From positions 50,468,001-50,532,000 of the forward strand of contig CM060733.1 of the NCBI GenBank assembly GCA_030704615.1: DNA of 64,000 nucleotides, read 5' to 3'. Below the pieces are notes generated by a model. It saw nothing but the letters and a program-made list of their open reading frames with translations, was not told the origin of the DNA and made no database searches. The translations under genes and the position numbers were made by a program. This document shows positions 48,075-59,338 of the stretch, in pieces; the stretch's first letter is position 1, and each line of letters opens with the position of its first letter. The stretch comes from Takakia lepidozioides. Taxonomy: Eukaryota; Plantae; Bryophyta.

Positions 48075-51000
48075 ATGGCACTGCAACGCTTGCAATCTTC
48101 CTCTCTGGGGTGCTCATCTTTTGTTGGGCAACAAGAATGCGTCTCCTGCAGCTCACGCCCTAGACCATGCACCTTCACAGTGGCTTCCATGAAGCCGTAT
48201 GCCCCGCGGGCTGTCAAAACGGAGACAATTACGGAGGACCTACAACTTGGGCAAGCAACATTGGACCCGATCCATGTAACTACTCGTTATACCAATGGAA
48301 AACTAGCTCACAGGTCTAAAGCCTCCGTGTCACAAGACGCTGGGAGACTACACTTCCATAAGCAGGTACAAACACCTGCATCCATTCTGAAGACCGATCT
48401 AATCTTGAACAAGAGTACATGTAAATGCATAACATGCTTGAGTACTGAGCTGAATGAATCAAATGAAATCAAAGCATGTTGCATACTGTTTTTAAATCCA
48501 AGTCCTTTAAAAGGTCTAATTAATCTAGGAATTTTTGAGGACCTTGAATGTGGAAGAGACTCGATGTACCCTCAATCAACGCATGAGCTAGCGCCCTCTC
48601 TTGAAATTAGGACGTGATGCCAATGCGAGGGTGAAACCTTTGATTTCAGACGACTGGTTTCTCCATATTGCTTCTGGGACCCTGATCTTGCTACTGAGGC
48701 AAGTGAATTAATGAAGATGAGAGCTCAACGTGCAGACTTGAGGGCATGGCTACAATTTCCTTCCTAATTCAGACTAACGTTTGGCTCCAAGACTTCTTCG
48801 TCCAATGCTAAGACTTCTTGGAATGCTTGTTTACAGGTGGTAGAGAAGGCCGAGCCCCTACTAGATGGGTTTGAGAAGGTCCGAACAACATTTCAGAATT
48901 TGACCGGCACTAGCCTAGCTCTGGCAGTATGCAATTCTTTTGAAGGACTCATCAATACTTTATTAGAACCCCCAACACGGCCTATGAGAGCAGACCCTCA
49001 GATTCAACTGGCTGGAAATTTCGCACCTGTCGACGAATGTCCCCCTCGTAGCGATATTGAAGTTGTGGGGACACTCCCTCCTTCCCTGAATGGGGTCTAC
49101 ATAAGAAATGGACCAAATCCCCAGTATAAGCCCGCAGCTGGTTATCACAATTTTGATGGGGATGGCATGTTGCATGCCGTGAAGATCAAGGATGGGAATG
49201 CAAGCTACTGTTGCCGCTATACGAGAACCAACAGGTAGGGGCCATTTCAAATCAACTTGTGGATCTCCTGTCGTTGTTAAGGTCTGCATGCACAGGGGAA
49301 ACATACTTGATCTAGATGAAATATATAACTGCTGATTTATATATTTTGCTGGAGATGCGCTGGTTGCCCAAAGGTCCCAACCGATGTCCAAGTATCTAAT
49401 TTGGTTCACTCGTAATCTCCAGCTGATGCATCTTCTTGATTTACCTGAACTTAAAACTTGTAAGATTTCTTTCTAAAATCAGTTGAAATTGAACATTTGA
49501 GCTATATAGGTTTATACAAGAGACGAAGTTCGGCCAGCCTTTGTTCACAAACGCACTGGGGGAGCTTGAGGGATTAGAAGGACTTGCCCGCTTGGCACTT
49601 TACCAGCTTCGAAATACGCTCGGTGTAATCGATGGGGCTAAGGGAATAGGAGCAGCTAATGCAGGACTGGTGTTCTTCAATGGAAAGTTGCTAGCCGTGT
49701 CAGAGGACGATATGCCCTACGCTGTGCATGTGAAAGAAGACGGTGACCTGGAGACAATTGGAAGGTACCCAGCTTTTGTTAATACTGTCTGCAGCTCCAA
49801 CACACTGTTCCAAATTTGTATACACTACTGTAGCTGGCTGACATTCCCAGATCATGGGGTTGCTGAGAGGGCCATTGCTGCTCAATCTTTAACTGTAACT
49901 CCTGGCCCATGAATCTTACTAGGGAGTATAAACATCCTAAAGCTCTAATATAGAGAAATGACACTTGTCTCTGTTACAATTACCGACGTTAGACTGTATA
50001 AGGTTTAGTGCATGCATGCATGCATACATGCTGTCCTCTATATAGTACAGTTGCTGAGCTGGAGGCTTGCAGGTCTGGCATGAATGATCTACAGTGCCTT
50101 GTCATCTTTTCTGAAGCATCGCATTTGTAGTAGTGGAGATGTTTTCGTACCTGACCTGGAGCTTACATATCGGAATGAGGTAAGTCTTTTGATCTTGCTC
50201 AAGCTAGCAATGGAGGAAAATTTGGGGGGCAGTTCACTGATTGTATACTTTGACTTTTGCGGCATCAGGTATAATTTTGGAGGGAAGCTAAAGTATTCAA
50301 TGACAGCGCACCCGAAAGTTGATTCCAAAACTGGAGAGATGTTCTCCTACAGCTACAACCTTCTGAAGCAACCATTCCTCAGCTACTTTCGAGCGTCCCC
50401 AGAGGGACAGAAGGGGGTTGACGTCCCCATCACCATATCAGAGCCTACGCTCATTCACGATTTCATCGTCACCAAGAATTACGCTATATTTCCTGAAATT
50501 CAGATGGTTTTCCGCTTGCAGGTGTGGTTGCATTGGTACAAATTTTCAATTATACGTCTTGAAGGCGTTTATACTTGTGCATTATAACGTGATATCCACT
50601 TAGGCAGATATTGCCTTGCTGCTTGGGGCTGCACGAACACTTACTTCGCTAATTAGTTCAACTTACTGCATGAGTCAGAAGTTTGCAAGCTTTAAGAGAC
50701 CATGGCCCGACCAGGAACACAGCCAATGATCAGATAGGGGCCCACTTGAAGTTATTTTATATTTGTCCAGACTTTTTCTCTGAGTTGAGCTTGCTTTAGG
50801 CGCTAAAACCTGGTTGTACATTGTATAACTGTGATGCAGGAGATGTTCAAAGGGAGGTCACCTATCTTTTGTGACGAGGAAAAGGTGTCCAGGTTCGGAG
50901 TGATGCCCAAATTTGACACAATAGAAGCTAGGATTCGTTGGTTTTATGTCCCAGAGGGCTCATGTTTCCACTACATAAATGCATGGGAAGAGGGGGATGA

Positions 51001-51562
51001 CATCGTGATAGTCGGACCAGCCTTGTCGCCCATGACGAGTGCCTTCAACGAGCCCCACACCCTCGACTGCCGGTTGACACTGTTCCGTCTCAATCTAAAA
51101 TCTGGAGAAATCTCCAAGCAGCAGGTTTCATCTGCCAATCTTGATATGGGGCAGTGCAACCCACTCTACATGGGTAAAAAGTCGAGATATATGTACATGT
51201 CAATATCCGGGCCATGGCCCAAATTTTCAGGGATAGCTAAAGTGGACTTGGAAGCATCACCAACGGCTCTCGAGGAGACTGTGGTGGCCCGACGCGATTA
51301 CCCACAAGGCTGCTATGGGAGCGAGCCCTGGTTTGTGCCCCGCAGCAGCGACCCAGACATCGCTGAAGATGATGGCTACATCTTCACATATTATCAAGAC
51401 GAAATCTCTGGTATCTCTCAGCTCTTGATTCTGGACGCGCAGTCTCCTACCCTTGAAACGGTTGCCTCTCTCAAGCTTCCCTCTAGAGTGCCATATGGTG
51501 TCCACGGGATTTTCCTCACCGAAGAGCAGCTTGCCCAGCAGAAACCAACTCTTGAAGTCTGA
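48075..51562 (+). CDS. NCED: Carotenoid cleavage dioxygenase, NCED/CCD4 clade (NCED-like), copy 2; 5 exons (48075-48365, 48837-49234, 49510-49764, 50269-50521, 50840-51562), ~639 aa
   Basis: Same exon structure and all four His ligands; the last motif is YGVHG. Confidence 0.9.
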
Positions 51563-52152
51563 TCTCGAAGATCTTTTGACACTTGGGTAGCTGGGATTCC
51601 CTTCATCTCTAAAACAATCCAGAAGACTTGTAAAGCATGCATATCACACCAAGATGCAATTCTCCAAGAAAGCAAGTGTCTACTACAACTCTACTTAAGT
51701 ACTGTCATACTGTACATGCTAGAAACCTGAAGGGGATATCAATTGCAGATGCACATGCTTGTTCCAAAGGACTGGCACCCTCTTGTAATTTTGCAACATA
51801 AACTCCAGCCTCCACTTTGGGTTCTACTGTGGGTTTCTTTGTTTCTGGCAGATTTTACTTGGGGAGTTTGTTTTGGGTCCCCCTTTTACACACTATAATA
51901 TTCTAATCTGGTGGTTGGATTTTCATGAAACTTTTTGTGGTAGGAGGTGGGGCAGGTGGAAAGAAATCTCAACGGTCAGTTTTACAGGGACTCCCTAAAT
52001 CACCAGATAAAAATATTTTGGTGGGCCAGGGTGCAGAAGGTGAAAATCTAGGGGCATCCCATTATGAGTTAGCCAAGATGTGATTTTGGGTGGAAAAACT
52101 GGTTTGTAGTGTCTTCGCTAGTCTTGTCTCGAGTTGTGTGTCTCACGCAGCG

Positions 52153-55100
52153 ATGGCGGCGTGCTCGCAGGCAGAGCCCATATCCAGGGCTCTGCCTACA
52201 TCCTGCAGTGAGCACGGGGGAGGAGGCCTCACGACCTTCATAAGATTGAATGAACAGGCAAGATGGGCATCCTCCGCCTTGGCAATGCCAGGGCGGAGAC
52301 CCTTGCGAGTGATAGCAGCTATGATGCCTCCGCAGCACGAAGGGACAGACAACGAAGGTATAGACATCTGACTCTTTGCTTGCTCTTTGGGGTGTCGTAA
52401 TTGGGAGTGCTGGAGGGGCTCCAGGACTAACCTCAGTAGAATCTGCACCCAATTTGCTACATAAAATTCACGTTATGGTGAGGTACCAAGGTTTTACATG
52501 AGTGTGACTGCAATCGTCACCGTGTGGTTGCCAGGGAAACACCCAACAGCATCTCTATCAGATCAGAGTAAGCTTTACGGCAGGGCGGGCTCATAGCCCC
52601 TGGAAATCAGCAACCATTTCCAATATGCAAACATTTACTCCTCAGTTAGACGGCTAATTACCCCCAACGTGACCGACATTGCTGTTGTCGTTCTGAAGCA
52701 GGAAGGCACAAATTGCTATCACATCGAGTGATGGATAAGGGCAGAGACAGATCTGTTCGTTGGCCGTTGTATCTCACTTGGCTATGACATATGCTTGGGG
52801 CTGGAAGTCCCGCTCGCGAATCTCTCAGCGGTGGCATTACACAACAAAAGGCATTGTTTCAAACTGAAAAAGACTCTGTTTGCAAGTGAAGGCGTTTCTA
52901 TCCACCAGGCGGCAATGACCCATGGTGCTCCCGCACAGCCAATGACAGTGTAACTCTGTGGACACTAGAGCATCTTGATGTTGTAAAAAATGCGGCTGTG
53001 TGACCGATTGAGCACTGCTGGTCCCATGCCCCGAAAAGAAAGAGAGATCAATTGTATGGAAGTAGAACTTGAAAAAAATCTGAGTGTTAGCTTGGAAGCT
53101 GGAAAAAGTCCTCATGTTCTTGCAGGTGCTGCACACCGATGACACTAGAATGGCTTTGGCAGGAGCTCTTCTCAGAACCATCACTGGGGTCAGACAACTG
53201 GTTTGATAAGGTGAGGGATTTTCAGATGTGATAGAATTCCGAACTGTGCTCGAAGTTGGCAAAGGTGATGTTTTGTGGACTGGGTTACATCTCCAGTAGG
53301 TCAGTTGTTCCCTCTTATTTGGAAGATGCTTGGAGCTTTTGGCAGTGATACCCTGGTCTGGTCGAGGCTGTGGTGTGAGTGGCTGCAGCTCAGCTGTCCA
53401 CTGGTGGTTCTCACAGAAAAGTCCAAGATCACCAGACTTCAGACATAAGTGTACAAAGGAGGCCCTTTGGATTGAGGGATGATTTAAAGGAGGCCCTTTG
53501 GGGATTGAGGGATGATCCAAAGGAGGCCCTTTGGATTGGGTCAAAGCAGTGCTAGCTACCACTGGGTCAAGCACTATCTGATGATGGAATTGAAAACATG
53601 GAGCTCCAGACCCTGAATATGATGGGCATTGATTCAATGTGATTTGAGGGTTGCAAGTGAAACAGATAGCAATGGTAGATCTATTTCTCAGAGTAGATGA
53701 TTGCAGCAGTTTTGTATCCTCGGGAGTTTGTAGTAAGGAGTCTATCCTCATGGGAGTTCTTCAGTCATGCAGGTTGGCAGGGTCGAAGCAGACAGATTTG
53801 TTTGGTGGACGAGATTAGCAGCACAAGTAATACGTCCACGATCACCAATGCTGTTGAAAGCGGACCGACAGAGGGAGTTAACAATAAGTTTTCTGCCACT
53901 TCCGCGTCTGGGGATGTGAAGGCACTATGTAAGGCAGGAAGATTGAAAGAGGCTCTGCACATTTTGAACAAACAAGGCATTCTGGTGGACTCCAATACTT
54001 ACGTCTGTCTCCTCCTGGAGTGCATCAACATGAAATGTCTAGCAGAGGGAAAGCAGGTGCACACTCACATTATTGAAAGTAGGTTCAAGCCAAACATCTT
54101 TCTACTGAACACCCTTGTCAACATGTATATCAAGTGTGGGAGTTTGGCAGATGCACGCCAAGTTTTCGAGAAAATGCCCGAACAAAATTCGTTTACATGG
54201 ACCATAATGATTGCAGGCTATGCAAAGCAAGGGTATGGTAGGGCCGCGTTTGAGATCTATGAGCAAATGCAATGGGAAAGGGTGCTACCCGACAAGGTCA
54301 CATTTGTTTGCATCCTCCATGCCTGTGCAAGCCTAGGAGCCCTGCAGAAGGGCAAAAAGGTCCATGCTGACATTATAAAAGCTGGAATTGCTCCAGATAT
54401 CATCCTGGAAACTACCCTTATGGACATGTATGCCAAATGTGGAGACCTTAAAAATGCACGTTATGTCTTTGACAACATGGTTAAACGAAATGTGGTCTCC
54501 TGGAATGCGATGATTGCAGGCTATACTCAGCACGGGTGTGGTAGGGAGGCTTTGGAGATCTATGGGCAAATGATAAAGGATGGGGTAACGCCCGACAAGG
54601 TCACGTTCATTTGTATTATCAATGCATGTGCGAGCCTAGGAGCCCTGGGAAAGGGCAAAGAGGTCCATGCAGGCATCATCAAAGCGGGAATTGCACCAGA
54701 TACCATTCTGGAAACTGCTCTTGCAGACATGTACGCCAAATGCGGGAACCTCAAGGATGCACGCCACGTGTTTGACAATATGGCTAATCGAAATGTGGTC
54801 TCCTGGAATGCCATGATCGCAGGATACGCTCAGCATGGGTGTGGTAGGGAGGCTTTGGAGCTGTATAAGCAAATGATATGTGAGGGGAGGACACCCAACA
54901 ACGTGACATTCATTTCTGTTCTCAATGCGTGTGCCATACTAGGAGTCCTGCAAAAAGGCAAAGAGGTCCATGCTGGTATCATCAAAGCTGAAATTGTGCC
55001 AGATATCATTTTGGAGACTGCCCTTGCTGATATGTATGCCAAATGTGGGAGTGTAAAGGATGCACGGGGAGTGTTCGACAACATGGCTAAACGAAATGTC

Positions 55101-56627
55101 ATCTCCTGGAATGCCATGATCACAGGATATGTTCAGCATGGGTGTGGTGGGGAAGCTTTGGAGCTATATAGGCAAATGATGCAGGAGGGCATAGCACCTG
55201 ACAAGGTCACATTCATCTGCGTTTTCAGTGCGTGTGCTAGCTTAGGAGCTCTTGTAAAGGGCAAAGAAGTCCATGCTGAGTTCAGCAAAAGTGGCATTAT
55301 GCCAGATATCATTCTGGAGAATACTCTTGTTGACATGTATGCTAAATGTGGGAGTGTAAAGGATGCGAGTCTAGTGTTTGACAATATGGCTGAACGGAAT
55401 GTGGTCTCATGGAACACTATGATCACAGGATATGTCCAGCAGGGGTATGGTAGTGAGGCGTTAGCAATCTATGTTCAAATGATGCAGGAAGGGGTGAGAC
55501 CTGACAATGTCACGTTCATTTCTGTTCTCAATGCAAGTGCCTGCCTGGCAGCCCTGGAAAAGGGCATGGAGATCCATGCTGACATTGTCAATGCTGGAAT
55601 TCCACCAGATACCATTCTGGAGACTGCCCTTGTGGACATGTATGCCAAATGTGGGAGTGTGAGCAACGCACGCGAAGTGTTTGACAATATGGTTCAACAA
55701 GATGTGGTCTCCTGGAATGCAATGATCACAGGATATGCTCAGCATGGGTGTGGTAGGGAGGCCCTCCAATTATTTGAACAAATGCAACATCAATGCTTTA
55801 AGCCGGATGGAACTACCTTCTTGTGTGTTCTCTCTGCATGTAGCCATGTGGGCCTACTGGAGGAAGGCCGTCACTATTTTGATTCCATGAGTCAAGATCA
55901 TGTCCTCACTTGCACAGTGCAGCATTATGGCTGCATGGTAGATCTACTTGGCCGTGCTGGAAGATTGGATGAAGCAGAGGACTTCATTAGCAATATGCCA
56001 ATCCAATCTGGTGCTGGGGTGTGGAGGGCCTTGCTTGGTGCTTGCAGAATTCACGGTGATGTGGACTTGGCAGAACGTGCTGCCAAAAGCATTGTCAAGA
56101 GGGATCCACAGCACGCTGCCGCTTATGTGCTGCTATCAAACATCTATGCTGCGGCTGGCAGGTGGGACGATAAAGCCAAGGTGAGAAAAATGATGGAAGA
56201 CAGAGGTATCAGAAAGGAGCCCGGGATCAGCTGTATTGAGGTCGACAACAAGGTACATACATTCGTTGTAGAAGACAAATTGCATCCACAAATCGAGGAA
56301 ATCCGTGCTGAGCTGAAGAGATTGTCTAGGCTAATGAAGGAGGTGGGTTATGTGCCCGACACACACTTTGTATTGTATGATGTGGAGGAGGAGCAAAAGG
56401 AATTTTCTCTTAATCACCACAGTGAGAAGCTAGCCATTGCTTTTGGGCTCATCAGCACCCCCCCGGGGACACCTATCCGTATTATCAAGAATCTTCGTGT
56501 GTGTGGTGACTGCCACACAGCAACCAAACTCATATCGAAGATTGTTGGACGAGCAATTGTTGTAAGGGACTCTAACCGCTTTCACCACTTCCAAGCTGGG
56601 GTTTGTTCTTGTGGTGATTACTGGTGA
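52153..56627 (+). CDS. PLS-class PPR protein with E1/E2 and DYW deaminase domain (organellar C-to-U editing factor); probable exons 52153-52357 and 53773-56627, ~1019 aa
   Basis: Regular P-L-S triplets, PG box PGISCIEV, HSEKLAIAF, CGDC, terminal CSCGDYW. The upstream transit-peptide-like exon splices in frame via a phase-1 GT-AG intron (exon 1 is inferred). Confidence 0.95.
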
Positions 56628-59338
56628 AACAAACATATCTACGTGTAAATTGTGTTGCTTCAAACGTGAGGGTGGAGAGCACATACTCACTGATTACTTT
56701 TGCAAGCTTAGACCCGTGACTGCAGAGAGGCTATCAACAGATGACACAAAACAATCAGCATGAAACGGGATCCTCAAAGTTACAGACATTGTCAGTTTTG
56801 CACCTAAGAAAGGTCAAACAGTAGGATCCCTGAAACCGGGTACTTGGAAGGGGATGGTGTGAGGAGGCACCAGGACATCCATCATCTTAATACATGTTGA
56901 CACTATCCTTCTACTTGTCACAAATCAGAATGATTATGGCCAGACAAAGTTAGTTGCAATATTCAAGTCAAAGAACATGTTTACACACCCGTCAGTCCTC
57001 AACATGGGTTACTAAAGCATTGCCTCACTGCAGGGGAAAACTGTAAATCACAAAAATATTTATCATGTCTCTCTATCGCTGACTTGGAATCTGAGATGAG
57101 GTCTTCAAAATACCCCACTTCTGCAGATGCACATGCAGGGCTTTGAATAGAGGTCTGAGAGGGCCTCAAGGGAGAGGAGGCATGAGTGTTCTAAGGATTT
57201 GATTTGCTGGAAACATCCCCCTGGAAAATTAGCATTTGGAATTGCTTACACTTGATTTGTACGATGTTCCCCAGGAGGCCATACTTATACCTTCTGTCTT
57301 CCTTTCCCATTTCATTTCATTGACATGCACAGTCAACCTTGATACAGTACATTGTGCAGTACGTTTTGTCTGGAGTACCGTACTGCTCTGCTTTCTACTT
57401 CTAAAAGCACTTTGAGACCCCTGAAACTTTTGCATGCAGTCTTCCTCGCTGGATATAGAAATTTCCTTGTGATATACATACGTAGCCTCAAATATAGCCA
57501 TTATGGTCAATTTCACGTAGTATCCCACCAAAGACTGAAGAGTCTGCACAGTGCCCATTCAGACCTGACAAAAAGTCTGATATTCACTCATAAACATCAG
57601 CACTCAGATTGGAAGATAGCATTAATGGCACTGTTGTTCCCAACAACCACCAGGGTCAAAGGGATCCAGATTCCCATTCTTGCTGGTCCATTCACCAAGA
57701 TTCTAAAAAAAAAGAGTAGGCTGCCTCAGTGCCTCACCCGCTGGACAATAATGAGACCAAGTGTGAAGAATTTCCCGTCCCAGTCTCGCTTTTCCCACAG
57801 TATCCCCACCGCCGTCATTCTTCTTGGAGTTGAACCCAACTCTTCAAACTCCTCCACGGATTCAGTTACTCTCTCGCTCCTTCCTGAATCCCACTGTAAA
57901 CTTGGGCGAGCCTACCTGGCTGCACATGTGCCTCTCAGATAATATTTGCATGCACTGTGAGCTGGTTCCACATTGCAGTGTCGGATGCTCACTGCCTCCG
58001 TGGTTGCCTCACTGTCAATCGCACTGCGCATTTGCAATAGCGAGGGCAAAGCATTTCTGGACACAGGAAAGTAAAGGTGTCATTCCACATTGTGGGCGGG
58101 AGTGGCGCTATGGTGTCCTTCTCGTGCCACGTTCCATGAGGTAGGTGACAGTTATCCTCCGTTGAAGGTTGCTGTTGGGGTGCCTGTCTTTTCGGGCAAA
58201 CTTGTCGGAGGCATATTTCCTTTTCGTTGAGAAGGTTTGGGTGGGCAATGTTACGAGCTCAAGTGTGTGATCTCCGTACTTGTACTTAATATGTGGGACC
58301 CGGTCAGAGGTCTACTCTCTTTCCGTCTGATGAGTGGGCGAAGTTCTCTTGCTGGATTTCAGTCGAAAATCCAGTTTTGTAGAGTTTGTGTGCGTCGTCT
58401 TTCTAATTGTAAAAGTTATCCTGCTTTCGAGCTCAGTGTGCTGTCCTGGGTGGGACCGGCTCAGGTCCACTTCCTCCGCCCCTGTGTTTGACAATTTGTT
58501 TTTCCTTTTGCGAAGCTTTTGGTTAAATGCCGGGATTTGTCATTGTGGTGAAGTTACAGTACTCTCTTGGTCAGTGTGCTGTTGTGAACTGCAGCTTGCT
58601 TGCTTCTGTTTGAGGCCTCGTTTTGGACCTCGGACTGCGTGGCCATGGCGGTGTTCGAGCTGCAGCTGACAGCTCGTGTATCAAGATTTTAGATTTGTCG
58701 GGTACATATATTTCTCTCTCTCTCACACACACACACACACATTTTCTCCCTCCCTCGGAAAACTGTTGTGCGAAGCACTGTCAGCGGGATTGCAGCTGTA
58801 TGACTGTTTGCTGTTACCCTTGCAACTGTGTCTTGATATTTAGTTTATTTGCATAGTATGAGACCTGGCTATGGTTTCCTTGGTGGCTTGAGCACGGTGC
58901 GCATGCAATAGACAGAGTCATCTATCACCCTAAGGTTGATGCTTCTCATTGCTGAGACTGGCTAAACGGTTGTTTCTGTACTTTGTGTACTGTTTAAAGG
59001 TGTTGGAGATTGTTGAAGCAGGAGGATGGCGTGGACAATTTTTTCACGTCGCAGTAATCGAATAGCTGCAGTGAAGAACGAGTGTTGAAATTCAAGACTC
59101 GCTACCATGCCTTTCTATGGGTTTTAGTCTGGTGTTCTACTTAGGGGTTTAGCCAGAACCAGGCAACTTCTGGACAAGCCAAAGGGCATGTTCAAGGCAA
59201 GATACAGGAAGGAGAGTTGCTGGAGTGGGTACACTTACCCCCAGGCTCTGCAAGGAGCTGAATCACGTCTGGCCACATCAATCACATTGCAGTTTCTGTC
59301 CCTCTTCTCCATCTGGCCCTCCCTCTCTGGATGAAATA

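Larger units (their letters stand above)
33899..51605 (+). repeat. Tandem segmental duplication: unit 1 ~33899-41614, unit 2 ~41625-51605
   Basis: 33899-34455 matches 41625-42128, and 37430-41614 matches 47604-51605 including introns. Confidence 0.9.

Noticed and set aside
52837-53751. 304-aa minus-strand ORF
   Set aside because: It lies antisense within the inferred PPR intron, includes a ~31-bp tandem repeat (53460-53540) and has no domain signal.
56180-56627. U-to-C (KP-type) DYW domain
   Set aside because: It has canonical HSE, a PG box and a DYW end, not the HAE/KP or GRP/DRH variants.
57229-58860. Several 60-196-aa ORFs upstream of the PP2C gene
   Set aside because: No motifs; consistent with promoter, 5' UTR and intron sequence.
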